Positions 44,502 through 53,132 of a DNA stretch of 64,000 bases are shown one piece after another. The stretch's first letter is position 1. Each line of letters begins with the position of its first letter. A program made the translations under genes and the position numbers. The DNA comes from a virus: positions 32,001 to 96,000 of the IMG/VR virus record IMGVR_UViG_3300045988_139474, one strand, 5' to 3'. Below the pieces are notes generated by a model. It was not told the origin of the DNA, did no database searches, and was given only the letters and a program-made list of their open reading frames with translations.

Positions 44502-45552
44502 TTTTCAATCCTGCTTGAATTTCTTGCTCTAAGAATTTGAACAGCAACCAATAATCTTGATAATTCTTGGCTGGGTCAGTGTAGCTGCGTTTAGCTTGGA
44601 AGCTTGAACGCTTTGTATGCTCAACAAAATCAGTCGGGTCAACGCCGATGGCCTTGAGATAGCGGATGACCGCAAAAATCGGCTCTTCAGTCGAATCAGC
44701 CATATTCAGATGAACAAATTTCATCTGGTCTTTGAGCTTCTCAGCCTGCTGACTGATACGCTTGAACGGAATAGTTGAATGGCGCTCGTTGTTGTTAAAG
44801 GCAGAATCGCCCTTAGCAACTTGGTAGCTTCTGTCCTTGAATCGCTCCAGCATTACGTCTTTGCTAGCGTGGCGGAAAGCTTCCAAGATATATCGGTCTT
44901 GGCCGTTGTCTTTCAGCTGATTCTCCAAGTCAAAGGTCGCAACCTCAAGGCCTGCATAGCCCTCAAACAACACGTTGTACTTCTTAGCATAACGATGTAG
45001 CATTTCAAACAAGGTACAGTGAGACAGGCCTGAGGTGATAGAATCCGCTCCAGTCAAGCTCAACAGACGTGATTTGTTTGACTTGACGATTTTCGCACCC
45101 AAAATCAGGAGATTCAAGGCAGGAATCAGGATACCAACATATTGGCGTGAGCGTGGGACATTCTGATTACCGACAAATTTGTCCTCAGGCTTTTCGGCCT
45201 TATGAAAATTGGGGATGTCGTCCTCAAACAACAGCTTCCATTGGTAGTTAGCAATCAAGTAGTCCAGCAGCATAGCCACTCGTGTACCCTTACCAGTCGC
45301 TGAGATACCCTTGAACTGGGCAAAGGAATAGGGACTGGCTGCGATTACAGTGTCTGTCGGCTCTTGGTCGGGCTTCAAGTAATTCGCAGGCGCAGGGATT
45401 TCGCCTTTCAATTTGACCTGATATTCCTCAGGGACTTTCACGGCGTGATCAGTCCATGGCTCATAAATCACTTCGCCAGCATAGCCAATACGGCGTAAGC
45501 TTTCTGGCCAATCCTCAGGATTGACCTTTTGGCCTTTCTTGTAATTCATCAT
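44494..45552 (-). CDS. Hypothetical protein with deviant P-loop, coupled to the hypermodification candidate
   Basis: GISATGKGT resembles Walker A but has G where S/T is expected. 8-nt overlap with the downstream gene and 4-nt overlap with the upstream gene. Confidence 0.3.
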   Translation of the reverse strand: MMNYKKGQKVNPEDWPESLRRIGYAGEVIYEPWTDHAVKVPEEYQVKLKGEIPAPANYLKPDQEPTDTVIAASPYSFAQFKGISATGKGTRVAMLLDYLIANYQWKLLFEDDIPNFHKAEKPEDKFVGNQNVPRSRQYVGILIPALNLLILGAKIVKSNKSRLLSLTGADSITSGLSHCTLFEMLHRYAKKYNVLFEGYAGLEVATFDLENQLKDNGQDRYILEAFRHASKDVMLERFKDRSYQVAKGDSAFNNNERHSTIPFKRISQQAEKLKDQMKFVHLNMADSTEEPIFAVIRYLKAIGVDPTDFVEHTKRSSFQAKRSYTDPAKNYQDYWLLFKFLEQEIQAGLKNG

Positions 45553-46691
45553 TTTGATTCCTCTTCAACATAAAAATCGAATACTGGTTGAATAGCTTTG
45601 CGTTGTTCCTTATCAGACAATCGCATGAAGTCGGTCGGTAGGTTGAACTCTTGGTACAGGTTACCAAATTCTGGATAATCGTCTTCAAGGTTCAAGACAC
45701 GGCCTGTCTTAACTCCCAATTTCTGCAGGATATGTGAAGACTTACACAGCCGAACTTTCGGGTGTTGATCAGTCTCCATGAATTCCAACGCAGCACTGTA
45801 GTCAACATCGGGGAACAACTCTTGCATCTTACACAACCACTCATAACAGTAAGTCGTATTATAGCCCATATATTCACCTCCTGAATAGCACAGGCGTTTA
45901 AACTCACACAACCAAGTTTCAAGGGTGTACTTGTTGTATTGCGGGTGAAAATCCGCTCCGAAAGCTTCCTCAATACGCTGGACTAATTCCTCTTCCAACG
46001 CCAAGACTTCCTCAGGGTCGTAGCTGCTGCGCTTCTGGCTTTCTTTGCCGCCGCCAGCAATTGGACGGTTGAATAAGAACAGTAAGCCATTACGCACTGA
46101 CCAGTTTTCAGGGCGGTCGGCCAATACGTTAGGAGGCATCATCTTGTACGGTGTCAAAGTATGGAGGGCTTGTTGGGTCACCCAGTTAGCCATACGGCCG
46201 AACTCAAGGAACTTGCTCAACTCGGCATAAGTGCGATGGTAGTTATCCTCAAGGCTGGCGTTGAAGTCGTAGAAACTGTTAATCCAGTCAGTCAAGGTTT
46301 CAAACGGCGCAATCGTCTCTTTGATTGAAGCAGCCATCAGGTGGGCTTTACCACGTTTCCACTTCATGTCTGAAGCCCAAGCCAGCTTGTACTTGTAAGC
46401 TGTCTGGAACTCTTCCAATTCTTTCAGGTCAATATCCTTGAAATTAGGGAATCGCCAATAGATAGCCCAAGCACCGATTTCTTCGTGGCAAAAGCCTTGC
46501 AATAGGCTGAACCATAGGGCTTGCTCAACCGTCATAGGCTCGCCAGTCGGCGATTTATCCGTGTCGCGGAAAGCTAGTGCAGTGCCTGGTTCATCAATAT
46601 CATTGTTATCAAGCTTCCATTTGTAAAGCTTGAGAAAGACATCCATCCGATTCTCAGGCTTGCGAATGTCTGTTATCAAAATTGTCGTCAT
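45549..46691 (-). CDS. Hypothetical protein (380 aa), first gene of the coupled three-gene cassette
   Basis: Start trimmed to ATG 46691 (GAGGA SD). No motif recognised. Driven by class-1 motif copy e. Confidence 0.55.
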   Translation of the reverse strand: MTTILITDIRKPENRMDVFLKLYKWKLDNNDIDEPGTALAFRDTDKSPTGEPMTVEQALWFSLLQGFCHEEIGAWAIYWRFPNFKDIDLKELEEFQTAYKYKLAWASDMKWKRGKAHLMAASIKETIAPFETLTDWINSFYDFNASLEDNYHRTYAELSKFLEFGRMANWVTQQALHTLTPYKMMPPNVLADRPENWSVRNGLLFLFNRPIAGGGKESQKRSSYDPEEVLALEEELVQRIEEAFGADFHPQYNKYTLETWLCEFKRLCYSGGEYMGYNTTYCYEWLCKMQELFPDVDYSAALEFMETDQHPKVRLCKSSHILQKLGVKTGRVLNLEDDYPEFGNLYQEFNLPTDFMRLSDKEQRKAIQPVFDFYVEEESK

Positions 46692-46707
46692 ATACAATCC
46701 TCAGGTG

Positions 46708-46749
46708 TTATATGGAATACAAAGAACGAAGAGGCCGAAAAGCGCATTT
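46708..46749 (-). promoter_or_regulatory. Class-1 conserved promoter motif, copy e
   Basis: Minus sense GAAATGCGCTTTTCGGCCTCTTCGTTCTTTGTATTCCATATAAC. Confidence 0.5.
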
Positions 46750-46798
46750 CAGACGAAAGAAATGCGGAGCGCAATATCAACTACACTCCGCACGGCCT

Positions 46799-48046
46799 TT
46801 ACATTGGCTTCATCATTTCTGCTCTAGGGTCTTCAGCTTGTATCTCTTGAATCCGCTTCTCAATAGCTGCAATTTCCGCACTTGAATCCTTACGACGCAA
46901 AGATGAAATGCTCTTGCGCTTGATAGCCTCAAGAATTTCAACGCTCAGGCCTTCGACAGACGCCAAGATGTCTTCGTCAGATTTGTCTTCCAACAACAGC
47001 TGACCGACTTGCGGGAGCAGCTTCAAGACTTCGATGTCCTTGTTGAGCTTCGTTACACGGTTGCCTTTGTCGTGGTCGAAAGTCTCAATGAAACGGTTGA
47101 TAGTGATGTCTAACCATTCCTTGATACCGATATTGCGAACAACATCATTCTCAACCACAATAATATTGTATCGGCGGTTGAATGTTCCTACTCGCTTACA
47201 GATGTCCAGAATCTCGTTGATATCAACTCTAGCTCTCGGCAACTTGCGGATACGCAATGCTACTTCGTCACCAGACACGTCCAGAATCTCAATCTTGCCC
47301 TCTTCTAACAGCTTATTGAAAGCTCGCAGATTCGGCGCAAAGGTTTCGCCTGAACCGTGTAACAGAATCTCATTATCATTGAGCTTCTCAACATTGTAAC
47401 GGACTTGAACACGGCCTGTACCCTTGTCCCAAAGCTCTTGCAGGTCAGATTTATCGCGGTCGAACTTGTAACCAAACTGCGGTACAAGCAACTGCGGGTC
47501 ATCTTTCAACCAAGCCTCAAGCAAGGATTCATAGGTGAAAGCAGGCGTGCGACCAGCTGCACCAAAACCTAGATTCTGCGCTCCGTAAACCAAGCAATAT
47601 GGTACAGGCGTGATTAGGTATTCTGGCTCTAAGCCGACATCTGACTCAATCAATGGCGAGTAGTCCAGCAGTCTGAACCAGAATTTGGATTGAGCCTTAG
47701 TCAAGCCCACTTTCCAGTAACGTGCAGCAGCTGCAGGGACTGGAGTCATGAGCTTGATACCCACGCTACCGTATGAGTCAATAGCCTTGAGGCGCGCCAT
47801 ATCAGACATAGCACCAAAGATACCGCCGTCACCGAATGGGTGTAAGACTTGAATAGCACCAATGCCATTGTTAGCAGCCGTCAGTTTACCGTTTGCTACC
47901 TCTTTCAAGCCCAACAGGATACGGCGGTGGACAGGTTTTAGGCCGTCTAAGCTCGGAACAGCCCTGTCTCGGTTCACGGTCTTGCCGTAACTGATATAGT
48001 TACCAGTCACAAACTCAGCAAAATCATATGTTTCTTGCTTGCTCAT
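46799..48046 (-). CDS. Type II topoisomerase, DNA-cleavage subunit (GyrA N-terminal / T4 gp52-like)
   Basis: DGLKPVHRRILLGL and the catalytic-Tyr segment AAARYWK. Confidence 0.8.
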   Translation of the reverse strand: MSKQETYDFAEFVTGNYISYGKTVNRDRAVPSLDGLKPVHRRILLGLKEVANGKLTAANNGIGAIQVLHPFGDGGIFGAMSDMARLKAIDSYGSVGIKLMTPVPAAAARYWKVGLTKAQSKFWFRLLDYSPLIESDVGLEPEYLITPVPYCLVYGAQNLGFGAAGRTPAFTYESLLEAWLKDDPQLLVPQFGYKFDRDKSDLQELWDKGTGRVQVRYNVEKLNDNEILLHGSGETFAPNLRAFNKLLEEGKIEILDVSGDEVALRIRKLPRARVDINEILDICKRVGTFNRRYNIIVVENDVVRNIGIKEWLDITINRFIETFDHDKGNRVTKLNKDIEVLKLLPQVGQLLLEDKSDEDILASVEGLSVEILEAIKRKSISSLRRKDSSAEIAAIEKRIQEIQAEDPRAEMMKPM

Positions 48047-50031
48047 ACACCATTCTCCACTACACCATTCTCAATCATCAATCGTTTTCGTTCAAAGCTT
48101 GAACCCAACAATTTTGCGGCTTCCTGAGCTTCAATCATTCGGCTATCCTCAAGGGTCACTTGTACCAGACGGCGTTGTTTACCCGTCATGAACTTGGCTG
48201 TCTCGTCAACGGATGATGAACCCAAGCCCTTGAGTTTGATGATTGTGCCTTTTGAAAAGTCAATCTTGTCTTTCTCGTCAGCGAAGAAATACTCAGTCTT
48301 GCCGTCATGTTCCCACTTGTAGAATGGGGTTTCAAGCTTAAACACTCGGCCATCTTTAATCAAGCCTTGAGCCTGATTATAGAACAAGCCTAACAGTAAA
48401 TTGGCGATATGTGAGCCATCACTATCAGAGTCAACAGCGATGATGATTTTACCGTATCGTGACTGCTCAATATCAAACAATGGACCAGCACCGCAACCGA
48501 TAGTGTTGAAGACAGCCAAGATTTCGCGGTTTTCGGCTAACTCTTCAATCTCCATACCGTTTGAGTTTTTCACCTTACCTCGAATTGCAAGCAGGGATTG
48601 AAACTCCTTGTTTCGGGCTTGAAGGATTTGACCGCCTGCTGACTTACCCTCAACGATATACAACTCACGCGCCATCCAGTTAGTCGAACTACACTCATAC
48701 ACGTCAGCAGAGTGCATTTTGGCTGAGCGTGACTTGACGTCCTTACCCATGACTAATGCAGATTTGAGCATCTCGATGTTAGACAGCTTGTCTGTCGCTT
48801 TCTTGTACTCAATAATCCGATTGATCAAAAGGTCAAAGAACGCTTTATTGGCTGTAATCACCTTGTAGAAGGCGTCAGCAATCGCTTGAGTTGTTGCGCG
48901 CTCGTTATAGCCCTTGTCCTCCCACTTAGACAATTTGGTCTTGTCTTGGCTGTTAAACAACGGCTCGATAGCAAAGTTGAGCGCAAACAGACGCATACCT
49001 AGACGGCTATCAGCTGCCTTGATACGGCTGTCATATTTAGCAAAGGCTTGCGCAATACCAGTCTGCACGATATTCAAATGCTTACCCGCAGGTGTCTTCA
49101 AAAGATTGACTGAGCCATCAACGTCTGTATTCCATTTATCAGCAGACCAGCCCACCTGAAAGATGAATTTCAAAGGCAATGGTTCTTCAGTCTTTACGTT
49201 TACAGCACAACTGAATACCTTGTCTTCAACCAGTTTCTCGTTGAAGCTATCCTTGAACTGGTAGGCATCCAATTCCTTGCCGTTCAGCTTGAAATCAACC
49301 TTAATGTCCTTGAGCTCTTTATCAAGGTTGAATAAGCCTTTCATCAATTTCAAGGGATAGCCATGATATGAGATAGTCATGCTATCGTGCATTTCAGGAA
49401 TCGGCGTGAAAGCAATGAGCGTGCCGAATGTATCATCCAGTTCGTCGAGGAATGCTTTGATGTCCTTGTTAGCAGGGAAGTCAGTATAATTCTTGACTTC
49501 GTCTAAGGTCATCATTTTAGACGAATCAAAAATGCCTTTATGGAACTTGAACGCCGCAATCGGCTTTCCATCCTTTAGGCCTTCCTGAATATATTTCGGC
49601 AGGTTTGCCTTCTTCTGCTTAGCAGCATTGACGAACATGATATATGTTGAGGAGCAAGCAACGGTGATTTTACCGCCCAAGCCGTGCATACCTAAGCTGT
49701 AACTCGTTTTACTGAAGTTTGAGCCTACATTCAGCTTTGATAACAAGTCCATAGTGATGGGACGGTCATCCTCAGCTGGATAGTCTTGGTCGAGGTACAA
49801 CGGCATACCGCCTGCGTCATCGACAATCATGTGCCAGTCTTTCTTGTTAATAATCGCGTTCACTTTTACAGCAATGCGATTCTTGATAGACAAGTCAACA
49901 GTATTATCGGCGATTTCGCGGAATAACAAGTTTGGGGTCAAACAATCATGACCGTACAGGCCTGGTCGTGCAAGAACAACGTATGGAAAATCAAGCTTCT
50001 CAATATTCTCTGTCGGAGAATTTGTAGCCAT
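48043..50031 (-). CDS. Type II topoisomerase, ATPase/TOPRIM subunit (GyrB / T4 gp39-like)
   Basis: GHKL N-box REIADNTVD, DDAGGMP, TOPRIM ELYIVEGKSAGG and IAVDSDSDGSHI. Confidence 0.85.
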   Translation of the reverse strand: MATNSPTENIEKLDFPYVVLARPGLYGHDCLTPNLLFREIADNTVDLSIKNRIAVKVNAIINKKDWHMIVDDAGGMPLYLDQDYPAEDDRPITMDLLSKLNVGSNFSKTSYSLGMHGLGGKITVACSSTYIMFVNAAKQKKANLPKYIQEGLKDGKPIAAFKFHKGIFDSSKMMTLDEVKNYTDFPANKDIKAFLDELDDTFGTLIAFTPIPEMHDSMTISYHGYPLKLMKGLFNLDKELKDIKVDFKLNGKELDAYQFKDSFNEKLVEDKVFSCAVNVKTEEPLPLKFIFQVGWSADKWNTDVDGSVNLLKTPAGKHLNIVQTGIAQAFAKYDSRIKAADSRLGMRLFALNFAIEPLFNSQDKTKLSKWEDKGYNERATTQAIADAFYKVITANKAFFDLLINRIIEYKKATDKLSNIEMLKSALVMGKDVKSRSAKMHSADVYECSSTNWMARELYIVEGKSAGGQILQARNKEFQSLLAIRGKVKNSNGMEIEELAENREILAVFNTIGCGAGPLFDIEQSRYGKIIIAVDSDSDGSHIANLLLGLFYNQAQGLIKDGRVFKLETPFYKWEHDGKTEYFFADEKDKIDFSKGTIIKLKGLGSSSVDETAKFMTGKQRRLVQVTLEDSRMIEAQEAAKLLGSSFERKRLMIENGVVENGV

Positions 50032-50046
50032 TTACATTCCTTTCTA

Positions 50047-50262
50047 TTAGAACTCAAGGGACAAAATGATATCATACAACTCTGGGCTAATTTCAAGCGA
50101 TGACCGTTGAACGGTCATGATTTCGCCGTCAACCAGATAGACAATCTCATGCTGATTATCGCCCAGCAATTCAACTTCTTTACCAGACTTGCGGACTTCA
50201 GAGTCAGCTGCTTTGATAGTATCGAAGGATTTGCCGTTTACAGTAAAAATGGTGATATTCAT
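50047..50262 (-). CDS. Hypothetical small protein (71 aa)
   Basis: ORF downstream of a class-2 motif. No motif recognised. Confidence 0.5.
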   Translation of the reverse strand: MNITIFTVNGKSFDTIKAADSEVRKSGKEVELLGDNQHEIVYLVDGEIMTVQRSSLEISPELYDIILSLEF

Positions 50263-50314
50263 AATTGTTCCTTTGAGTTAGGATAAGGTTGGTCATAATC
50301 TGTTATCGCTCAGA

Positions 50315-50330
50315 CCAACCTTAATTTTTA
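50315..50330 (-). promoter_or_regulatory. Class-2 intergenic motif
   Basis: Minus sense TAAAAATTAAGGTTGGTCTGAGCGATAACAGATTATGACCAACC, 53 nt upstream of start 50262. Confidence 0.5.
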
Positions 50331-53132
50331 ATTGACGCCCTCTACCGTGTAGGCACTAACATTCTTCGTCATAACAGCCTGCAATCGGCGGTCGTAGAAG
50401 TTGAAGCCAGACACGTGAGTTGATAACAGCAAGCTACCAATACGTGAGCCTTTCAGCATCTTCGCAGCTTCCTCCAAACGGTTCTCGGATAGCTCCTTCA
50501 GGCTTTCGTCAAGAATGATTAGGCCTGTTTTGGAACCAAGCTCAAACAGTTTCGTTAGGAAGAACAGGTCAGCCAATACCTTTTGACCACCTGATAGGTC
50601 GGAGTAAGGAATCAGCAAACCGTCAACCTGCATATCAACGTCAAAGTCAATCTTCAGGTCACCTTTGGCTAATTGCTTGACTGTACGGACTACAAAATTG
50701 CCTGAGGTCATGATTTCAGCAATCTTCGTAAAGACTGATTGCACGACAGCACCGTTAGAAGCAAACAAGTTCATGTACTGCTCTAGTCTTGGTAAGCCTT
50801 GAGTTGCGGTGTCCAGTTGAGCGTTCATCTCAACCAGCTTATCCCGCAGGCTTTGTAACTGTTCATACTGACGCTGGGCAAATTCGCACTCCGCAATTTG
50901 TCGGGCTAACGATTGTTGCTCAATATCCATAGCGTTCAGTCTGTCTTGAAGCTCGCCCAAGCTAGGGAATTTCACAGGGTCAGGAAGGCCGTTCAGCTGT
51001 TCTTTCAAGCTAAGGATACGCACTTCAGCACTCGTGATATCATTCCGCAGTTTGATTTGAGTCGAATATGTAGCCAATTCTTCACGCAATCGCTGATTTC
51101 GGGCTTCCTCTTCGGCAATCAATGCTTCGTATTTGGTAACTTCTTCATCAGCTTTCTTTTGAGCGTCAGCCAAAGCATTTTGCTTCTCGACAACCGCTTC
51201 TTCGGCCTGTTTAGTCTTGGTCTTGAGTTCATTCAATGTCTCTTCATGACTGTCTAAAGGTTTGCCGCAGGTCGGGCAGCTATCTTTCAAGTTAGCCTCC
51301 GATTCCTTCGCAGCTGCTACCGCCAATTGGGCGAATCTTACATCATTCGCAGCTTGGCTTATAACATTGCCTGCTTTGGTAATGTAGGACTTGTACGACG
51401 CAATCAGATTGGTCGAAGTCTCAATCATAGACTTCAGGTCATCAGCTGTATTAGCAGGCATGAAGTTAGGGTCAACATCAGCCCGCATCTTTTCCAAGAA
51501 TCCCTCATGCGACTCAATCTGAGCCTCAATCTGACTTCTGGACGATAATGCCTGAATCAGCTTAGTCAAAGTGCTTCGGTCGGCGGTAAGTTTATCAGCC
51601 TGCTGTTGCTTTTCAGCCAACTCCAAACGCTTATCAAGGTCAACCATCTGTAGGTTTTCTACCGTCTGACTTGCGATATGAATCTCACTCTCAAGCCCTT
51701 TGACGGCGGATTTCTTAGCAGACAGCTCAGCTTTCAAGGCCGTATGGAAATTGTTAATCAGGCCTAAGCCTAACATTTCGGACACAATCGCAATCCGCTC
51801 GTTGTAGCCGTAACCACTTAACAGATAAGGCGCACCCTGCTCACGGTATAGCAAGTCCATCAATCGGATGAACGGCAATTTGGCTTGAATACGCTGATTC
51901 AACTCGGTTGAGTTGTTAGCCTGTTCCTGTACGTCATTGATGAAGTACTCAACGAAGCCTGAGCCGTTGTGACCTCGTGTGATGGTGTGCTTCTCACCCT
52001 TGTAATACAGGGTCATAGACACTTCCATATCCTTACAGCCTTTGCGAATCAGATTGTTGACTGAGCGCGGTGGGCGGAATACGAAGTCAATGGCTCGCAG
52101 TAGGCTCGATTTGCCGTTACCATTCTCACCTGTAACAACCGTCAGGCCTTCTGTAAACTGATACTCAAACGATTCAATTGACCTGAAATTCTTGATACGA
52201 ATGCTAACAGGCACGAAGTCCAAGTCAGCAGGTTCAGTATTGCTTCGGTCGATATTGGGCGCATAGACGGAATGTAAATCAGACAATTCTGCTGCCTTTA
52301 CATTCTCTTCAATCACCTTGTCGATATCAAGCCCAGCAATAACTTTAGCCGTATCAGCTGAAGTCACAACTTTGGGCTTTTCAACCAAGACTGTATAAGG
52401 GTGAGTTGGGTCATAACGCTTATCGCCCTTATACATGATTTTCAGGAACTTGGTATCAGCACTTTCAGTCTTCACCCTCTTCCAAGACATGTCGTCTGTA
52501 TCCAACACGATAACTGAGCCGTCAACCGACTCACCCATGTAGTGTTGAAACGGAACATTGATTGAGTGAGCATTACCCATATCAACTTTGTTATGGATGT
52601 CACCTGCAAGAATCAAGTCAGCCACGCTAGAATCGAACTCTTGGCCGAACTTATCGTGAAGCGTGATATGCCCAACCAGAAGGTCAAGATGTTCCTTGAA
52701 GTCATAATGCGTCTGGTCAGGTCGCCAGTTACTGAAACCGATTTTACGGCCTCCGATAGTCAGCACTTGATTATCCATGTAAGTCGCTTTGTCGTACATG
52801 ATAGCATGAATGCCTGCGTCATCATAGCCCTGTTCTTGGGCTTTTGAGCCTGAATCGTGGTTGCCTGAGATGTATAGGAACTTGTCTTTGGGGAAAGCCT
52901 CAGATAACGTCTCAACCATGTAGCGGAGCGTATTGGCAACACCTGGAGTCAATACATGACGGTGAACGATGTCGCCAGCTGCTATGAAGTATTCGCAGTT
53001 GTATTCCTTCGCAATCTCAACATAACGGTGCGCTAATCGGCGGAATTGTTCCAACCGCCAGCCTTTTCCGCCTAAGTTATGGTCAGGGAAGTCATGAATA
53101 TGAATATCCCCTGTTAGAAGCAATTTAGCCAT
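50328..53132 (-). CDS. Fused Mre11/SbcD nuclease - Rad50/SbcC ATPase (934 aa)
   Basis: N-terminal phosphoesterase motifs GDIHIHD, AAGDIVH, SGNHD, VGHITL, LAGDIHN (aa 1-~300). These are followed by Walker A GENGNGKSS (aa ~335), long coiled coils with zinc hook CPTC (nt 51267-51278), signature LSGGQK and Walker B LIILDES. Confidence 0.85.
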   Translation of the reverse strand: MAKLLLTGDIHIHDFPDHNLGGKGWRLEQFRRLAHRYVEIAKEYNCEYFIAAGDIVHRHVLTPGVANTLRYMVETLSEAFPKDKFLYISGNHDSGSKAQEQGYDDAGIHAIMYDKATYMDNQVLTIGGRKIGFSNWRPDQTHYDFKEHLDLLVGHITLHDKFGQEFDSSVADLILAGDIHNKVDMGNAHSINVPFQHYMGESVDGSVIVLDTDDMSWKRVKTESADTKFLKIMYKGDKRYDPTHPYTVLVEKPKVVTSADTAKVIAGLDIDKVIEENVKAAELSDLHSVYAPNIDRSNTEPADLDFVPVSIRIKNFRSIESFEYQFTEGLTVVTGENGNGKSSLLRAIDFVFRPPRSVNNLIRKGCKDMEVSMTLYYKGEKHTITRGHNGSGFVEYFINDVQEQANNSTELNQRIQAKLPFIRLMDLLYREQGAPYLLSGYGYNERIAIVSEMLGLGLINNFHTALKAELSAKKSAVKGLESEIHIASQTVENLQMVDLDKRLELAEKQQQADKLTADRSTLTKLIQALSSRSQIEAQIESHEGFLEKMRADVDPNFMPANTADDLKSMIETSTNLIASYKSYITKAGNVISQAANDVRFAQLAVAAAKESEANLKDSCPTCGKPLDSHEETLNELKTKTKQAEEAVVEKQNALADAQKKADEEVTKYEALIAEEEARNQRLREELATYSTQIKLRNDITSAEVRILSLKEQLNGLPDPVKFPSLGELQDRLNAMDIEQQSLARQIAECEFAQRQYEQLQSLRDKLVEMNAQLDTATQGLPRLEQYMNLFASNGAVVQSVFTKIAEIMTSGNFVVRTVKQLAKGDLKIDFDVDMQVDGLLIPYSDLSGGQKVLADLFFLTKLFELGSKTGLIILDESLKELSENRLEEAAKMLKGSRIGSLLLSTHVSGFNFYDRRLQAVMTKNVSAYTVEGVN

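Noticed and set aside
44494-45552. Confident call of a 5-hmdU DNA kinase.
   Set aside because: The only evidence is a deviant P-loop (GISATGKGT) plus genomic context. It is reported only as a low-confidence possibility.
19615-50330. Class-2 motifs as plus-strand intrinsic terminators (hairpin followed by TAATTTTTA).
   Set aside because: This holds for a few copies, for example 33880-33913. In others the hairpin is absent, has an 18-20-nt loop, or is separated from the T-run by about 9 nt. The strict sequence conservation of CCAATnnTAATTTTTA and its position after minus-strand terminators fit a minus-strand signal better. It is kept as an alternative in the finding.
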